Source: Candidatus Fraserbacteria bacterium
Lineage (GTDB): Bacteria > Bipolaricaulota > Bipolaricaulia > RBG-16-55-9
Length of the DNA stretch: 54,259 bases
Direction of reading: 5' to 3'
Assembly (NCBI GenBank): GCA_037442925.1
Contig: JBBIPG010000007.1
Coordinates: 1 to 54,259 of the forward strand
The notes under the pieces were generated by a model. The model ran no database searches and was not told the origin of the DNA. It was given only the letters and a program-made list of their open reading frames with translations. Both the position numbers and the translations under genes were made by a program. Below, in pieces: positions 35,860 to 45,972 of the stretch. How positions within the stretch are numbered: position 1 is the first letter of the stretch; every line of letters begins with the position of its first letter.

Positions 35860-38589
35860 ATGCGACGATGGTCCCTTGCGTTGATCTTGTTACTCCTGCT
35901 CAGCGGCCAAGGCTTGGCTACGCTGCCAGCTCAAGAGTGGGAAAGCGATTCAGACAAAGATCTGCACCGCTGGCTTTTAAAATCTCCCGCGCGTCAATAC
36001 CTCTCTGCTACTGCAGAGCGCTATCTCTATCTGCGCTACGGGCCAGAAGCCCTTCACGGTGAAGATGGTGATGACCTGCGTGCGCTCGACCAGATCATCA
36101 ACGATCGCGCTCAAGATACGATTCCCTCGTTGACAGAGCAGAACGAAGCCACCATCGAGGTCTCAGGCTCACATCTGGTCGCGGGCTGGAACGACGACGG
36201 CCAATATCTTTCTACTCTGAGCCTTACAGCGTATGCCTACTCGACCAACGGCGGACGGACGTGGCGCGACGGCGGAGTCATCCCTCCCATTCCGGGGGGC
36301 CTCAACATCGGCGACCCGGAGGTGAAGGCTGACCGACAGGGGAACTTCTACTTCGCCACGCTGGCCATCCGACCCGACGGCGTCTCCATCGTCGGCGTAT
36401 CTAAATCCACCAACGGTGGGAAGACGTTCAGCGTTCCCGTGCAAGCGAGCGTCGGGCTCGATCCGGCCGACTTTCAAGACAAAGAATTCATGGCTATTGA
36501 TAACACGGGAGGAACCTACGATGGCACGATCTACGTGACCTGGACGGATTTCTTCGCCAACCCACCGCCGGCCGCGTTCAACCAAATCGTGATGGCGCGC
36601 TCGACGAACGGCGGGCGAAGTTTCATGAAAGCTATCCCGGTTTCACCTCCTGGAGGCTTTCAAGATTCCATCCCGCGCGTCGGCCCCCAGGGCGAGCTCT
36701 ATGTGCTCTATGTGGATTACGATGTCTCCGGCCTACGCCTCTCGAAATCTACAGACGGCGGACGCACGTTCGGAGCAGATGGCTTGGACAACACGTTGAT
36801 CGCACGCTTCCAGTTCATCGGCACGCCCAACCTCAACTGTGGCCGAACGGTTCTTAAGGGTGACATCCGCGTCGGACAATCTCCATCGCTGGCTGTGAAC
36901 CCCACTAACGGCGATGTCTATGTCGTCTATGAGAGCAACCCACCCGGACCCGATCAAGCCGATGTCTACTTCATTCGCTCGACCGATGGTGGTGTGACTT
37001 GGAGCGAGCCGTTAAAGATCAGCGATGATCGAACGCGGAACGATCAGTTCTTCCCGTTCCTCGCTGTCTCTCCTGATGGCATCATCGGGGTCAGCTTCAA
37101 CGATAGACGCAACGACCCCGCCAACTTGAAGTATGACAAATATCTGGCCGTCTCGCGCGATGGCGGTCGAACCTTCGAACCCAATATCCGCATGAACTCC
37201 GTCGCCTCGCCCATCCCGCCTGTCGAGACGTATGACAACTGCTACATGGGCGACTATGACCAGATCGTAGCGGATGAGCAGTTCTTCTATGCTGCCTGGG
37301 GAGATAACCGCAATCCGGCGCTGACGTGGCGCACGGAGGCTCGCATGCCTCGACCCCGCGAGGGCACTGTCATCGTAGGCGTCGGGGATGCCGTACTGGC
37401 CATCGGCGGTTACTACACCGATTTGCCCACGGTCGTAGACACCGGAATCAACGAAGCGTATCTGCCGTCGATGGGTCGCTGGGTGAGCTTGTCTCCAGAT
37501 CCGGTCGCGCGCGCCAATGCTGCTGCTGTTGGACTGGGCCTCTTCGCCTACGTGGCAGGCGGTCGGTCACTGCCTTCCGGAGATGTCCTTGCTAGTTTCA
37601 CTCGCTATGACGCACTCACCAATAGCTGGACTCGCCTCCCGTCCATGCCCACTGCACGAGCTGGCTTGGGTCTGGCTGTCGTAGGCAACAAGATTTACGC
37701 CATCGGGGGAAGAGATTGCAGCCTCTATGTGGCGTGTGGCAAGGCACTCGATGCCAACGAAGCGTATGATCTCAAGACGGGGCGCTGGGAGACGAAGGCA
37801 CCCATGCCGACGCCGCGCATGGATCTCGCTGTGGTTGCCCTAGACGATAAGATATACGCCCTCGGCGGATACAATCCCGATCAGGGCGCGCTCTCCGACG
37901 TGGAAGTCTATGACCCAGCCACTGACACGTGGACCCTAGCGTCCAGTCTCCCGGCCCGTCGAATCAGTGGAGGTGCGGCCGTATGCGGCGAGAAGATCGT
38001 CTATTTTGGCGGATACACGCCTTCGTACGCGCCGAGTGTGCGCGTCTGGATCTATGACAGCATGACCGAAGAGTGGGAGTTTGGGCCCTTCCTGAAAGTG
38101 GCTCGTGCTGAGGTTCACGGTTCCGTCGCGGCGGATCAACTCTTCGCCATCGGCGGCAGCTACGCTGAGGACCCACGCTATGCCGGCTACAATGAGGCCT
38201 TCTCTTGCAAGACCATGGGAGCCTTCCGGCCTGATCCAGACGTCTTCTTCGCTAAGATCCCAGTCTCTCCTCCGAGTGTGCCCCTTTCATCATCGAAGAC
38301 CTCTACAGCGGCCACACCCACGCTGCAAAGCCTCACCCATACTGTGGACGCTCTCGGCAAGAATGTCATCACATTTTCTGCACAAGGTTGGGGGATTGCG
38401 ATGTTGGAAGTAAAGCTCTTTGATCTCAGCGGTCGACAGATCGCTCAGAAGAGCGCGCGTGGGAACCGCTTGAAGATTCCGCTCGGGAATGTACTCGCCA
38501 ACGGAGTATATCTCTATGTCATCACCGCACGCGCAGCAGAAGGAAGTGCGCTCGGAACCCGAGTGGAGAAGCTTGTGCTACTTCATTAA
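35860..38589 (+). CDS. Secreted BNR/sialidase-like propeller + Kelch propeller + C-terminal Ig-like sorting-type domain
   Basis: RBS AAGGAGG, signal peptide, six STxGGxT(W/F) Asp-boxes, six Kelch repeats (YAIGG..W...MPTPR) and the tail ANGVYLYVI...KLVLLH. Confidence 0.88.
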   Translation: MRRWSLALILLLLLSGQGLATLPAQEWESDSDKDLHRWLLKSPARQYLSATAERYLYLRYGPEALHGEDGDDLRALDQIINDRAQDTIPSLTEQNEATIEVSGSHLVAGWNDDGQYLSTLSLTAYAYSTNGGRTWRDGGVIPPIPGGLNIGDPEVKADRQGNFYFATLAIRPDGVSIVGVSKSTNGGKTFSVPVQASVGLDPADFQDKEFMAIDNTGGTYDGTIYVTWTDFFANPPPAAFNQIVMARSTNGGRSFMKAIPVSPPGGFQDSIPRVGPQGELYVLYVDYDVSGLRLSKSTDGGRTFGADGLDNTLIARFQFIGTPNLNCGRTVLKGDIRVGQSPSLAVNPTNGDVYVVYESNPPGPDQADVYFIRSTDGGVTWSEPLKISDDRTRNDQFFPFLAVSPDGIIGVSFNDRRNDPANLKYDKYLAVSRDGGRTFEPNIRMNSVASPIPPVETYDNCYMGDYDQIVADEQFFYAAWGDNRNPALTWRTEARMPRPREGTVIVGVGDAVLAIGGYYTDLPTVVDTGINEAYLPSMGRWVSLSPDPVARANAAAVGLGLFAYVAGGRSLPSGDVLASFTRYDALTNSWTRLPSMPTARAGLGLAVVGNKIYAIGGRDCSLYVACGKALDANEAYDLKTGRWETKAPMPTPRMDLAVVALDDKIYALGGYNPDQGALSDVEVYDPATDTWTLASSLPARRISGGAAVCGEKIVYFGGYTPSYAPSVRVWIYDSMTEEWEFGPFLKVARAEVHGSVAADQLFAIGGSYAEDPRYAGYNEAFSCKTMGAFRPDPDVFFAKIPVSPPSVPLSSSKTSTAATPTLQSLTHTVDALGKNVITFSAQGWGIAMLEVKLFDLSGRQIAQKSARGNRLKIPLGNVLANGVYLYVITARAAEGSALGTRVEKLVLLH

Positions 38590-39297
38590 TGCGCTCTGCT
38601 CCGACTTGAGAGAGATCTGGTTTTTGCGGCGCACCCAGACGAAGGAGATGAGCACGACAGCCAAGGTGATGAGCAGCGGGATCAGCAAGCGAAGTGAGAT
38701 GAACTGTTGCAGTGCGGGCCATACAGTCTCCAGGCGATCCTTGATCAGGGGGTCTTTTACGATCATCTCTCCCGCGACCCAGGCGAGCAGCCCGCCGCCC
38801 AGCCAGATGAGCCAGGAATGCCGACTCAGTAGATAGGCCACAAGCGCGGCCCCTCCCATGAGTATGGGCATGCTGAGCGCTATTCCGAAGATGAGCAGTA
38901 CCAGATCGCCATGCGAGAGCGCCCCAACTGCCAAGACGTTGTCTAAGCTCATGATGATGTCCGCGAAGATGATGATACGGATCGCCTCTGTGAGGCTTTG
39001 ACTCGCTTCAACCTCTTTACCCTTCCCTGGAGGCCGAACCAGGAGCTCCATCGCAATCCAGACGAGGAGGACCCCTCCGACCGAGCTCAATCCGGCAACA
39101 TTGAGGAGCATGGCCGCAGGCCAGGTGAGAGCCAAGCGCAGCACAATTGCACCCACCGTCCCCCACAAAAACGCCCAGCGACGTTGTCGGGCAGCGAGAT
39201 GGCGTGATGCCATCCCGATGACGAGCGCATTGTCTCCGCTCAAGACCAGATTGATCAGGACAATGCCAGCAATCCCGCTGAGCGTGTTCCAGCCCAT
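38578..39297 (-). CDS. TerC-family (YjbE-like) membrane protein
   Basis: Motifs LVLSGDNALVI and ADIIMSLDNVLAV. Confidence 0.93.
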   Translation of the reverse strand: MGWNTLSGIAGIVLINLVLSGDNALVIGMASRHLAARQRRWAFLWGTVGAIVLRLALTWPAAMLLNVAGLSSVGGVLLVWIAMELLVRPPGKGKEVEASQSLTEAIRIIIFADIIMSLDNVLAVGALSHGDLVLLIFGIALSMPILMGGAALVAYLLSRHSWLIWLGGGLLAWVAGEMIVKDPLIKDRLETVWPALQQFISLRLLIPLLITLAVVLISFVWVRRKNQISLKSEQSALMK

Positions 39298-39352
39298 GTG
39301 TCAAGTTGTTCAGACGAGGGTAAGGCTCTCAGCCAGCGGCAGACAGGGGGGA

Positions 39353-39577
39353 TCAGCCTTCCGCGGAATAAGGGAGGAGCGCCAACGCACGAGCCCGCTT
39401 GACCTCACGGCTGAGCATCCGTTGATGCTTGGCGCATAGACGGCTCACCCGCCGCGGGAGGATCTTGCCCACGCGGTTGACATAGCGTCTCAGCTCGTCA
39501 GGGCGCGTATACGTAAATGAAGCATCATGCTTGCAGATCTCACACCTCTGACGTGGCCTACGATTCATGAATTTCAT
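39353..39577 (-). CDS. rpsR: 30S ribosomal protein S18 (Zn-binding type)
   Basis: CEIC motif and GKILPRR..LCAKHQR..VKRAR.LALLPY. Confidence 0.95.
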   Translation of the reverse strand: MKFMNRRPRQRCEICKHDASFTYTRPDELRRYVNRVGKILPRRVSRLCAKHQRMLSREVKRARALALLPYSAEG

Positions 39578-39999
39578 TAAAAGGGGACCTCCTCATCTCC
39601 CGTTGTTTCTTCCGGGGGCGTCTTGGAATCGGGTGGCGCCTCCACGTTCTCTTCGGCTCCACGCCGGCCAGGCCCACCCAGAAACTGGACACTCTCCGCG
39701 ACGACTTCTGCCACCTTGCGCCGCTCGCCCTCTTCGGTTTCAAACGTCTCAATGCGCAGTCGACCGTCTACCGCTACGGATCGCCCTTTCCCTAAGTAGT
39801 TGGCGCAGTTCTCCGCTTGCGGCCCCCAGACCACAATCGGCACAAACGTCGTCTCTTCTTGCATATTGCCATCGCGATCGCGATACCGCCGGTTGACGGC
39901 GATCGAAAAACGAGTCCGAGCTACACCGTTCTGGGTATAGCGCAGTTCCGGATCATCGGTGAGATTGCCGATCAAGACCACTCGATTGAGCCCAGCCAT
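39577..39999 (-). CDS. ssb: Single-stranded DNA-binding protein
   Basis: LNRVVLIGNLT.DPELRYT and acidic tail EEVPF. Confidence 0.97.
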   Translation of the reverse strand: MAGLNRVVLIGNLTDDPELRYTQNGVARTRFSIAVNRRYRDRDGNMQEETTFVPIVVWGPQAENCANYLGKGRSVAVDGRLRIETFETEEGERRKVAEVVAESVQFLGGPGRRGAEENVEAPPDSKTPPEETTGDEEVPF

Positions 40000-40028
40000 A
40001 CCAATGCCTCCCTCTTTCCTTAAAGCCC

Positions 40029-40349
40029 TTATGTCGTAGCCTGGCTGGGGACGCTCGCTTCTTCCTCCTGACGCACGATCTGATAGCGCAACACCCGATT
40101 GTCCAGCTTGAAACGCTCCTCGAGCGCTCGTAGCTTCGTAGGGTCGAGCACGAACTTCATGAGCACGTAGTAGCCCTTATCATAGCCCTCGATCTCATAG
40201 GCAAAGGGGCAGATGTCCCAGTCCTCGACTTCGGCAATAGTTCCGCCGTTCTCTTTGATGACCTGTTCGTAGCGCGCTGTGACCTGTTCGTACTCGGCCT
40301 TGTCGATGTCAGGCCGGATGATATACATGACTTCGTATAGGCGTTCCAG
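40029..40349 (-). CDS. rpsF: 30S ribosomal protein S6; probable CTG start
   Basis: (L)ERLYEVMYIIRP, FAYEI....GYY and VLRY; rpsF-ssb-rpsR synteny. Confidence 0.93.
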   Translation of the reverse strand: MERLYEVMYIIRPDIDKAEYEQVTARYEQVIKENGGTIAEVEDWDICPFAYEIEGYDKGYYVLMKFVLDPTKLRALEERFKLDNRVLRYQIVRQEEEASVPSQATT

Positions 40350-40440
40350 TCAGACCACCTCAACCTCCATAGTGTTGGGTGAAAGTATAGCAAAACATAT
40401 AAGAGGCCGCAACCGTTGCCTCGTCAATTTTCCAAGCGGA

Positions 40441-41739
40441 TTACGGCTTAAGATGGTACAGCATCCGCGGGAAGGGGATGCACTCTCGCAGATGCTCTAT
40501 GCCCGCAATCCAGGCCACGGTTCGCTCGACTCCCATGCCGAAGCCGGAGTGCGGAACGGAACCGTACTTGCGCAGGTCAATGTACCACTCGTAGGGCTCG
40601 CGGGGCAGGTTGTGCTGTGCGAGTTTTTCAATCAGCACCTTCTCATCGGAGATGCGTTGGCTCCCACCGATGAGTTCTCCGTACCCCTCCGGTGCAATCA
40701 AGTCGGCCGCCAGCACCAGTTCAGGGTCTTCGGGGTCGGGCTCCATGTAGAATGCCTTCATGGCCGCGGGCATTCTCTCAATGAATACGGGTCTTTGGAA
40801 ATGCCCTGCCAGCGCTTCCTCATCGGGTGCTCCAAAATCCTCTCCCCACGACTTGCCAAGCCCACGTCCCTTGAGGATTTCGAGAGCCTGTGCGTAGGTG
40901 ACACGCGCAAACGGATCGCGAAGCGCTTGCTCTAGAAGACTCGTATCACGCTCTAGGGCTTTTAACTCGGCATGGCGCTTCTCGAGCACACGCCGAACGA
41001 CATAGCGCACGAGCTCCTCTTGAAGCCTCATATTGCACTCATGATCGCAGAAGGCCATTTCGGCCTCGGCCATCCAAAATTCCGTCAAGTGCTTTCGCGT
41101 TCTGGATTTTTCCGCTCGGAATGTCGGGCCGATCCAATAGACGTCTCCCAGGGCCATCGCAGTAGCCTCGAGATAGAGTTGGCCGCTCTGGGAGAGATAG
41201 GCTTTGTCCCCAAAATAATTCACTTCAAACAGCGTCGTGGTTCCTTCCACAGAGAGAGGGGTCAAGATGGGTGATTCTGTGGCGATGAAGCCTCGCTCGT
41301 CGAAGAAGTCACGAATGGCCTGCAGGACCTCATGACGGATTCTCAAGATCGGGACTTGCTTGGAGGAGCGAATCCATAGATGCCGATGATCCATCAAGAA
41401 GCCCGTGCCGTGCTCCTTAAGACCAATGGGATACTCCCGCGCCAAGTGGACGAGTTCGATCTGGTGAATCGTCAACTCATAGCCGGTGGGCGCCCGAGGA
41501 TCTGCCTTGGCAATCCCCCAGACTTTGATGGAAGATTCTTGCGTGAGTTTTTCGGCCAGCTCGAAGGCTTTATCGTTCTTCTTCGTGACAACCCCTTGGA
41601 TGATCCCGCTGCCATCGCGGAGGAGCAGAAATTGAATGCCACCTCCTGAACGCTTGTTGTAGAGCCAGCCGCAGATCAACACCTCCTGACCCAAGGTGGC
41701 AGGAATCTCTTCGATGCGTGTGGGTTTCATGCGAATCAC
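40441..41739 (-). CDS. asnS: Asparagine--tRNA ligase
   Basis: Motifs [41 protein letters not shown] and [15 protein letters not shown]. Confidence 0.95.
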   Translation of the reverse strand: MIRMKPTRIEEIPATLGQEVLICGWLYNKRSGGGIQFLLLRDGSGIIQGVVTKKNDKAFELAEKLTQESSIKVWGIAKADPRAPTGYELTIHQIELVHLAREYPIGLKEHGTGFLMDHRHLWIRSSKQVPILRIRHEVLQAIRDFFDERGFIATESPILTPLSVEGTTTLFEVNYFGDKAYLSQSGQLYLEATAMALGDVYWIGPTFRAEKSRTRKHLTEFWMAEAEMAFCDHECNMRLQEELVRYVVRRVLEKRHAELKALERDTSLLEQALRDPFARVTYAQALEILKGRGLGKSWGEDFGAPDEEALAGHFQRPVFIERMPAAMKAFYMEPDPEDPELVLAADLIAPEGYGELIGGSQRISDEKVLIEKLAQHNLPREPYEWYIDLRKYGSVPHSGFGMGVERTVAWIAGIEHLRECIPFPRMLYHLKP

Positions 41740-42509
41740 GCCCCGAATAGCTCGAGCATCTGGCGATGAATGATCCCGTTCGAGGCGACAAGTTCGCCTC
41801 CGGTGGGGGAGAGTTCCCTACCCCCAAGATCACTCACCTGTCCTCCGGCTTCTTTTACCAGCAAGCATCCCGCGGCTAGATCCCAGCGTTTGAGGTTCAG
41901 CTCCCAGTAGCCGTCTAGCCGGCCGGCTGCTACATACGCCAAACAGAGCGCGGCCGACCCCAGTCGCCGCAGGCTTTGAGCTATCGGCAAGAAAGCACCA
42001 CAATAATTGAGATTGCGCTCTCGCAGCTCTGATCGATGCGCAAATCCTGTTGATACGAGACTTTCACGAAGTCGCTTGACGTTCGAAACCGTGATGGTGC
42101 GGTCCAGATTGAGGTGCGCCCCCTCCCCTGCGACCGCGGAAAAGAGTTCATCGCGCAGGGGGTCGTACACCACTCCCAAGACGATCTCTTCCTTCTTTTC
42201 CAGTGCGATGGAGATGGAGAAAAATGGGATACCATGCGCATAATTGACTGTGCCATCCAGGGGATCAATCACCCAGCGATACGGCGCTTGAGATCGTGCC
42301 GGTGGAGTCTCCTCCGAAAGAATGCCGTGATCCGGGTACTCGCGACCGATCCGTTCGAGTATGACTCGCTCGGCCAAGCGATCGGCTTCCGTCACCAGAT
42401 CGTGGTGGCTCGTCTTCAGCTCGTAAGCCATTCCCGAAGTCAGGCGTTCTCGCAAGAGTTCCCCCGCTTCCTTGGCGGCCTCCACGGCCAGTTCCAGAAA
42501 GTGCTTCAT
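41736..42509 (-). CDS. suhB: Inositol monophosphatase family protein
   Basis: Motifs [27 protein letters not shown] and WDLAAG. Confidence 0.93.
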   Translation of the reverse strand: MKHFLELAVEAAKEAGELLRERLTSGMAYELKTSHHDLVTEADRLAERVILERIGREYPDHGILSEETPPARSQAPYRWVIDPLDGTVNYAHGIPFFSISIALEKKEEIVLGVVYDPLRDELFSAVAGEGAHLNLDRTITVSNVKRLRESLVSTGFAHRSELRERNLNYCGAFLPIAQSLRRLGSAALCLAYVAAGRLDGYWELNLKRWDLAAGCLLVKEAGGQVSDLGGRELSPTGGELVASNGIIHRQMLELFGA

Positions 42510-43147
42510 TCCGGCCGAATCCAGTCCTCGATGATGGCCAAGATCGCATCCTTACGAACCCGAGCCTGCTTGGCCAGATCCGTGCATTTCTTGTGGTAGA
42601 GATGGCGGAATTTCTCGTCCCGGATTGTCTTGAGGTTGATGTCAACATTGAGGAGCGCGGAATGGAGACCCGCTTCCGCCAACGAGGCGGCTGTACCGGC
42701 GTCGCTTACGGCGCTTCGCACGCCTTTGGCAGCGGCTTTCTGGGCCAGTTCCAACACCGCGTCACACGCCGCCGCAATGCGATGGGGGACTTCCGTGGCG
42801 CCTTTGAGCGCTGTCTGTATGGCCTGTTGACGCTTGACCTGTTCGCGCTCACTGGACTTGGCAAGCCTGTAGGCTGCCATCACTCGATCGAAGGCGGCCG
42901 CATCCTGATCCGCAAGGCGGAGCAGCTCGTCTCTCAGTCGGTCAGCTCTTTGAACGATCTCTTTCATTTCGGAAGCCACTCGCTGATATTCTTTCTCCTG
43001 CCTCTTTAAGGTGAGTCGACCCATCATGGCCACCAGGGCGGCAGCCATGCCCCCCACGACGGCCGAGGCCGCTCCCCCTGCCGGCGTGGGCGCAGCAGAA
43101 GAAAGCTTGTCGAAAAACTCACGTAGAGTCAAGTTTGCTGTGTTCAT
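42506..43147 (-). CDS. Formiminotetrahydrofolate cyclodeaminase/methenyl-THF cyclohydrolase (FTCD_C) family
   Basis: Motifs PTPAGGAASA, D..AF..VM.AY.L, SDAG.AA and NV.INL..I.D. Confidence 0.88.
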   Translation of the reverse strand: MNTANLTLREFFDKLSSAAPTPAGGAASAVVGGMAAALVAMMGRLTLKRQEKEYQRVASEMKEIVQRADRLRDELLRLADQDAAAFDRVMAAYRLAKSSEREQVKRQQAIQTALKGATEVPHRIAAACDAVLELAQKAAAKGVRSAVSDAGTAASLAEAGLHSALLNVDINLKTIRDEKFRHLYHKKCTDLAKQARVRKDAILAIIEDWIRPE

Positions 43148-43260
43148 GTGGGATCGCACTACTATAGGAAAATATCGGGACTTCGTCAACCTGTGGGCGC
43201 CACGTTCTTTGCCGAGCTGTACTTGACAGCCTCCGTGCCATATCGTAGCAATGTATTGGG

Positions 43261-44172
43261 ATGGAAGGCTTAGGCAAACGGCCGGTCATGTTGCTCTCCC
43301 TGAGCGCCGCCGTGGGCACGCTGGGACTCAAGTTCTGGGCCTATTGGGTCACAGGGTCTGTGGCCATCTTCTCCGATGCGGCCGAATCCTTGATCAACAT
43401 CACAGCAGCCCTCATCGCGTTCCTCGCCCTGGAGATCGCAGCAAGACCGGCGGATGCCACCCACACCTATGGGCACGAGAAGGCGGAATACTTCTCCAGC
43501 GGCTTCGAGGGCTCACTCATTCTGGCGGCGGCCATCGCGATCTCCTATCAAGCCTGGATGCGTCTGTGGAACCCCATCGAACTGGAGAAACTACCTCTGG
43601 GTCTTGCGATTGCCGTGGCAGCGGCCTTGATCAACCTTGCTGTTTCGTTGGCGCTCCTGGCCGCAGCCAAGCGCTATGAGTCCATCACGTTGGAAGCCCA
43701 TGCCCGACATCTCTTGACAGACGTCTGGACCACGGCGGGTGTTGTGGCAGGGCTGGGAGCCGGAATGCTCGTCCGCTGGCCGTGGCTCGATTCGCTCATT
43801 GCGTTGGCCGTGGCGATCAGCATCGTCGTCTCCGGTCTAGGTCTCTTACGGCGATCGTTTCGAGGCTTGATGGACTACACGCTCCCGCCCGAAGAGATCC
43901 GGATCATTCAAGATATCCTGACTCGTCACAGCGAGAAGGGCGTGACCTACCACCAATTGCGCACGCGCCGCGCCAGCACGAAACGTTTCGTGGATTTTCA
44001 TCTGCTCGTGCCCGGAGATCGCACCGTTCAAGAGACCCATGATCTTTGCGAGGTGATCGAGAGGGAGATGAAGAGCGCTCTTAAAGAAGCAAGTATCACG
44101 ATCCACATCGAACCGGTGGAGGACCCCGCCTCGTGGGAAGGGCTGTCTGCCACGAAAGCCAAGACCTCCTAA
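43261..44172 (+). CDS. Cation diffusion facilitator (FieF-like)
   Basis: Motifs SDAAESLIN, PAD.TH.YGHEKAE, HLLTDVWT and IHIEP. Confidence 0.93.
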   Translation: MEGLGKRPVMLLSLSAAVGTLGLKFWAYWVTGSVAIFSDAAESLINITAALIAFLALEIAARPADATHTYGHEKAEYFSSGFEGSLILAAAIAISYQAWMRLWNPIELEKLPLGLAIAVAAALINLAVSLALLAAAKRYESITLEAHARHLLTDVWTTAGVVAGLGAGMLVRWPWLDSLIALAVAISIVVSGLGLLRRSFRGLMDYTLPPEEIRIIQDILTRHSEKGVTYHQLRTRRASTKRFVDFHLLVPGDRTVQETHDLCEVIEREMKSALKEASITIHIEPVEDPASWEGLSATKAKTS

Positions 44173-44230
44173 GAGTTGGCTCGCTGAGACGTTGTCAACG
44201 ATAATAGAACGCGGACAAGAGGAAGCAGCC

Positions 44231-45157
44231 ATGAACGCCATTTCGGTCCAGGGACTCATCAAGGACTATTCTGACCTGCGGGCGGTGGATGGGATCAGCT
44301 TCGATGTGGAACGCGGCGAGATCTTCGGGATGCTGGGTCCCAACGGCGCAGGGAAGACGACCACCATTGAATGCATCGAGGGGCTGAGAAGACCCGATGG
44401 AGGTACGATCCGTGTGCTGGGGCTCGACCCCCAACGCCAGGGCTACGAGTTGCGCGAGCGCATCGGCGTACAGCTACAGGCCACCTCACTCTACGAGCGT
44501 ATTCGAGTGCGAGAGGCCTTGAAGCTCTTTGCCAGCTTCTACCGGACCCGTAGCCCTTGGGCCGACGCTTGGCAGAGGCTCGTAGAGCCCCTGGGTCTGG
44601 CAGAGAAGATAAACAGCTACTATTACGCCCTCTCGGGCGGCCAGAAGCAGAGACTCCACATCGCCCTCGCCCTCGTGCACGATCCGGAGATCATCTTCTT
44701 AGACGAGCTTACAACGGGACTAGATCCTCAAGCGCGCCGGGCCATGTGGCAGCTCATCAAAGAGATCCGCAATCGAGGAAAGACGATCTTCCTTACTACC
44801 CACTATATGGAGGAAGCAGAGCATCTATGTGACCGAGTCGCGATTCTCGACCGCGGCCGCATTCTCGCTCTCGACAGTCCTTCCCGCTTGATCGCCAGCT
44901 TGGGCGGCGAGAATCGCATTCTCTTCACGCTCCAAGGATCGTGCGACGTGGATTTCTTCCGCAGGATCCCCCATGTCAGCCGGGTGGAGCGCATCGACAG
45001 CCAGCTAGCCCTCTACAGTTCCCAAAGCAGTCAAGTTCTTCTGGAACTCATCAAAAGAGCAGACTCCAACGGCTGGTCTCTGCAGGATGTGCACGTACAG
45101 CGGGCCACACTCGAAGACGTCTTCCTCACACTGACAGGGAGGGCGCTCCGCGAATGA
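44231..45157 (+). CDS. ABC exporter ATP-binding protein
   Basis: Motifs GPNGAGKTT, LSGGQKQR, LDELTTGLDP and TTHYMEEAE. Confidence 0.93.
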   Translation: MNAISVQGLIKDYSDLRAVDGISFDVERGEIFGMLGPNGAGKTTTIECIEGLRRPDGGTIRVLGLDPQRQGYELRERIGVQLQATSLYERIRVREALKLFASFYRTRSPWADAWQRLVEPLGLAEKINSYYYALSGGQKQRLHIALALVHDPEIIFLDELTTGLDPQARRAMWQLIKEIRNRGKTIFLTTHYMEEAEHLCDRVAILDRGRILALDSPSRLIASLGGENRILFTLQGSCDVDFFRRIPHVSRVERIDSQLALYSSQSSQVLLELIKRADSNGWSLQDVHVQRATLEDVFLTLTGRALRE

Positions 45158-45894
45158 GGGGGTTTCTTCATCTCACCTGGGTGGAGACCAAGCTCTTCCT
45201 GCGCGAGTGGCAGGCCGTATTCTTCAGCTTCGTGCTGCTGCCCATGCTGCTCTTCCTCTTCAAGGCCATCTTTCGCCATGATCCTTCCGTTGTGTTCGGG
45301 AACGTGGCCACCGTCGAGCAGATGGTTCCGGGATTCATTGCCATTGGCATTGCCTCCAACGCGATCTACATCATCGGCGGCGTGCTGGCCAGCTATCGCG
45401 AACGGGGAATCTTACGGCGCTTTCGGGTGACGCCGCTTCGTCCCGGTGCGGTCTTGGCCTCGCAGCTCGTGGTGGTCTACGGGATGACGATGCTGAGTGC
45501 TCTCATACTCATGGGCATCGCCCGGCCCTTTGGCTTGAAGCTCCTGGGCGATCCGTTATCGATGCTGGGGGCTTTCACTCTGGGGGCCTTGAGCTTCTTC
45601 TCGTTCGGGTTTCTCATTGGAAGTCTTTTCAAGACGGCCCGCATCACATATTCCGTGAACACCACGCTCTTTTTCTCCATGATCTTCTTAAGTGGGGCGG
45701 CCATCCCGTTGGAGCTGCTCACGCCCTTTATGCAAAATATCGCGCGACTCATCCCCTTGACGTACGTGGTCAACCTCCTGCGGGATGCTTGGCTGGGGCG
45801 AGGCCTAGCCGCGAGTTGGCCGAACATTGCTGTTTTAGGGACATTCTTCGTGGTCTGTGCTTTCATCTCCTCACGAGCATTCCGGTGGGAGTAG
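45154..45894 (+). CDS. ABC-2 permease
   Basis: YRERGILRR..TP, six TM segments and C-terminal FRWE; ATGA overlap with the ATPase gene. Confidence 0.9.
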   Translation: MRGFLHLTWVETKLFLREWQAVFFSFVLLPMLLFLFKAIFRHDPSVVFGNVATVEQMVPGFIAIGIASNAIYIIGGVLASYRERGILRRFRVTPLRPGAVLASQLVVVYGMTMLSALILMGIARPFGLKLLGDPLSMLGAFTLGALSFFSFGFLIGSLFKTARITYSVNTTLFFSMIFLSGAAIPLELLTPFMQNIARLIPLTYVVNLLRDAWLGRGLAASWPNIAVLGTFFVVCAFISSRAFRWE

Positions 45895-45907
45895 AGTGAT
45901 TTTAGAG

Positions 45908-45937
45908 TTGCACTGCCAACGGGCTTTCCGCTATGAT
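45908..45937 (+). promoter_or_regulatory. Promoter of the amino acid ABC operon
   Basis: TTGCAC-18 nt-TATGAT. Confidence 0.5.
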
Positions 45938-45972
45938 GCAGCGTAAGAACTCAAAACGAGGAGGGTAAAAGT

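Noticed and set aside
35860..37320. Calling the BNR proteins true sialidases
   Set aside because: Asp-boxes alone are not diagnostic, and the catalytic residues could not be verified by eye.
40350..40352. Selenocysteine or recoded UGA extending rpsF
   Set aside because: No SECIS-like hairpin is evident, TGA is a normal stop in many genes here, and S6 does not need the extension.
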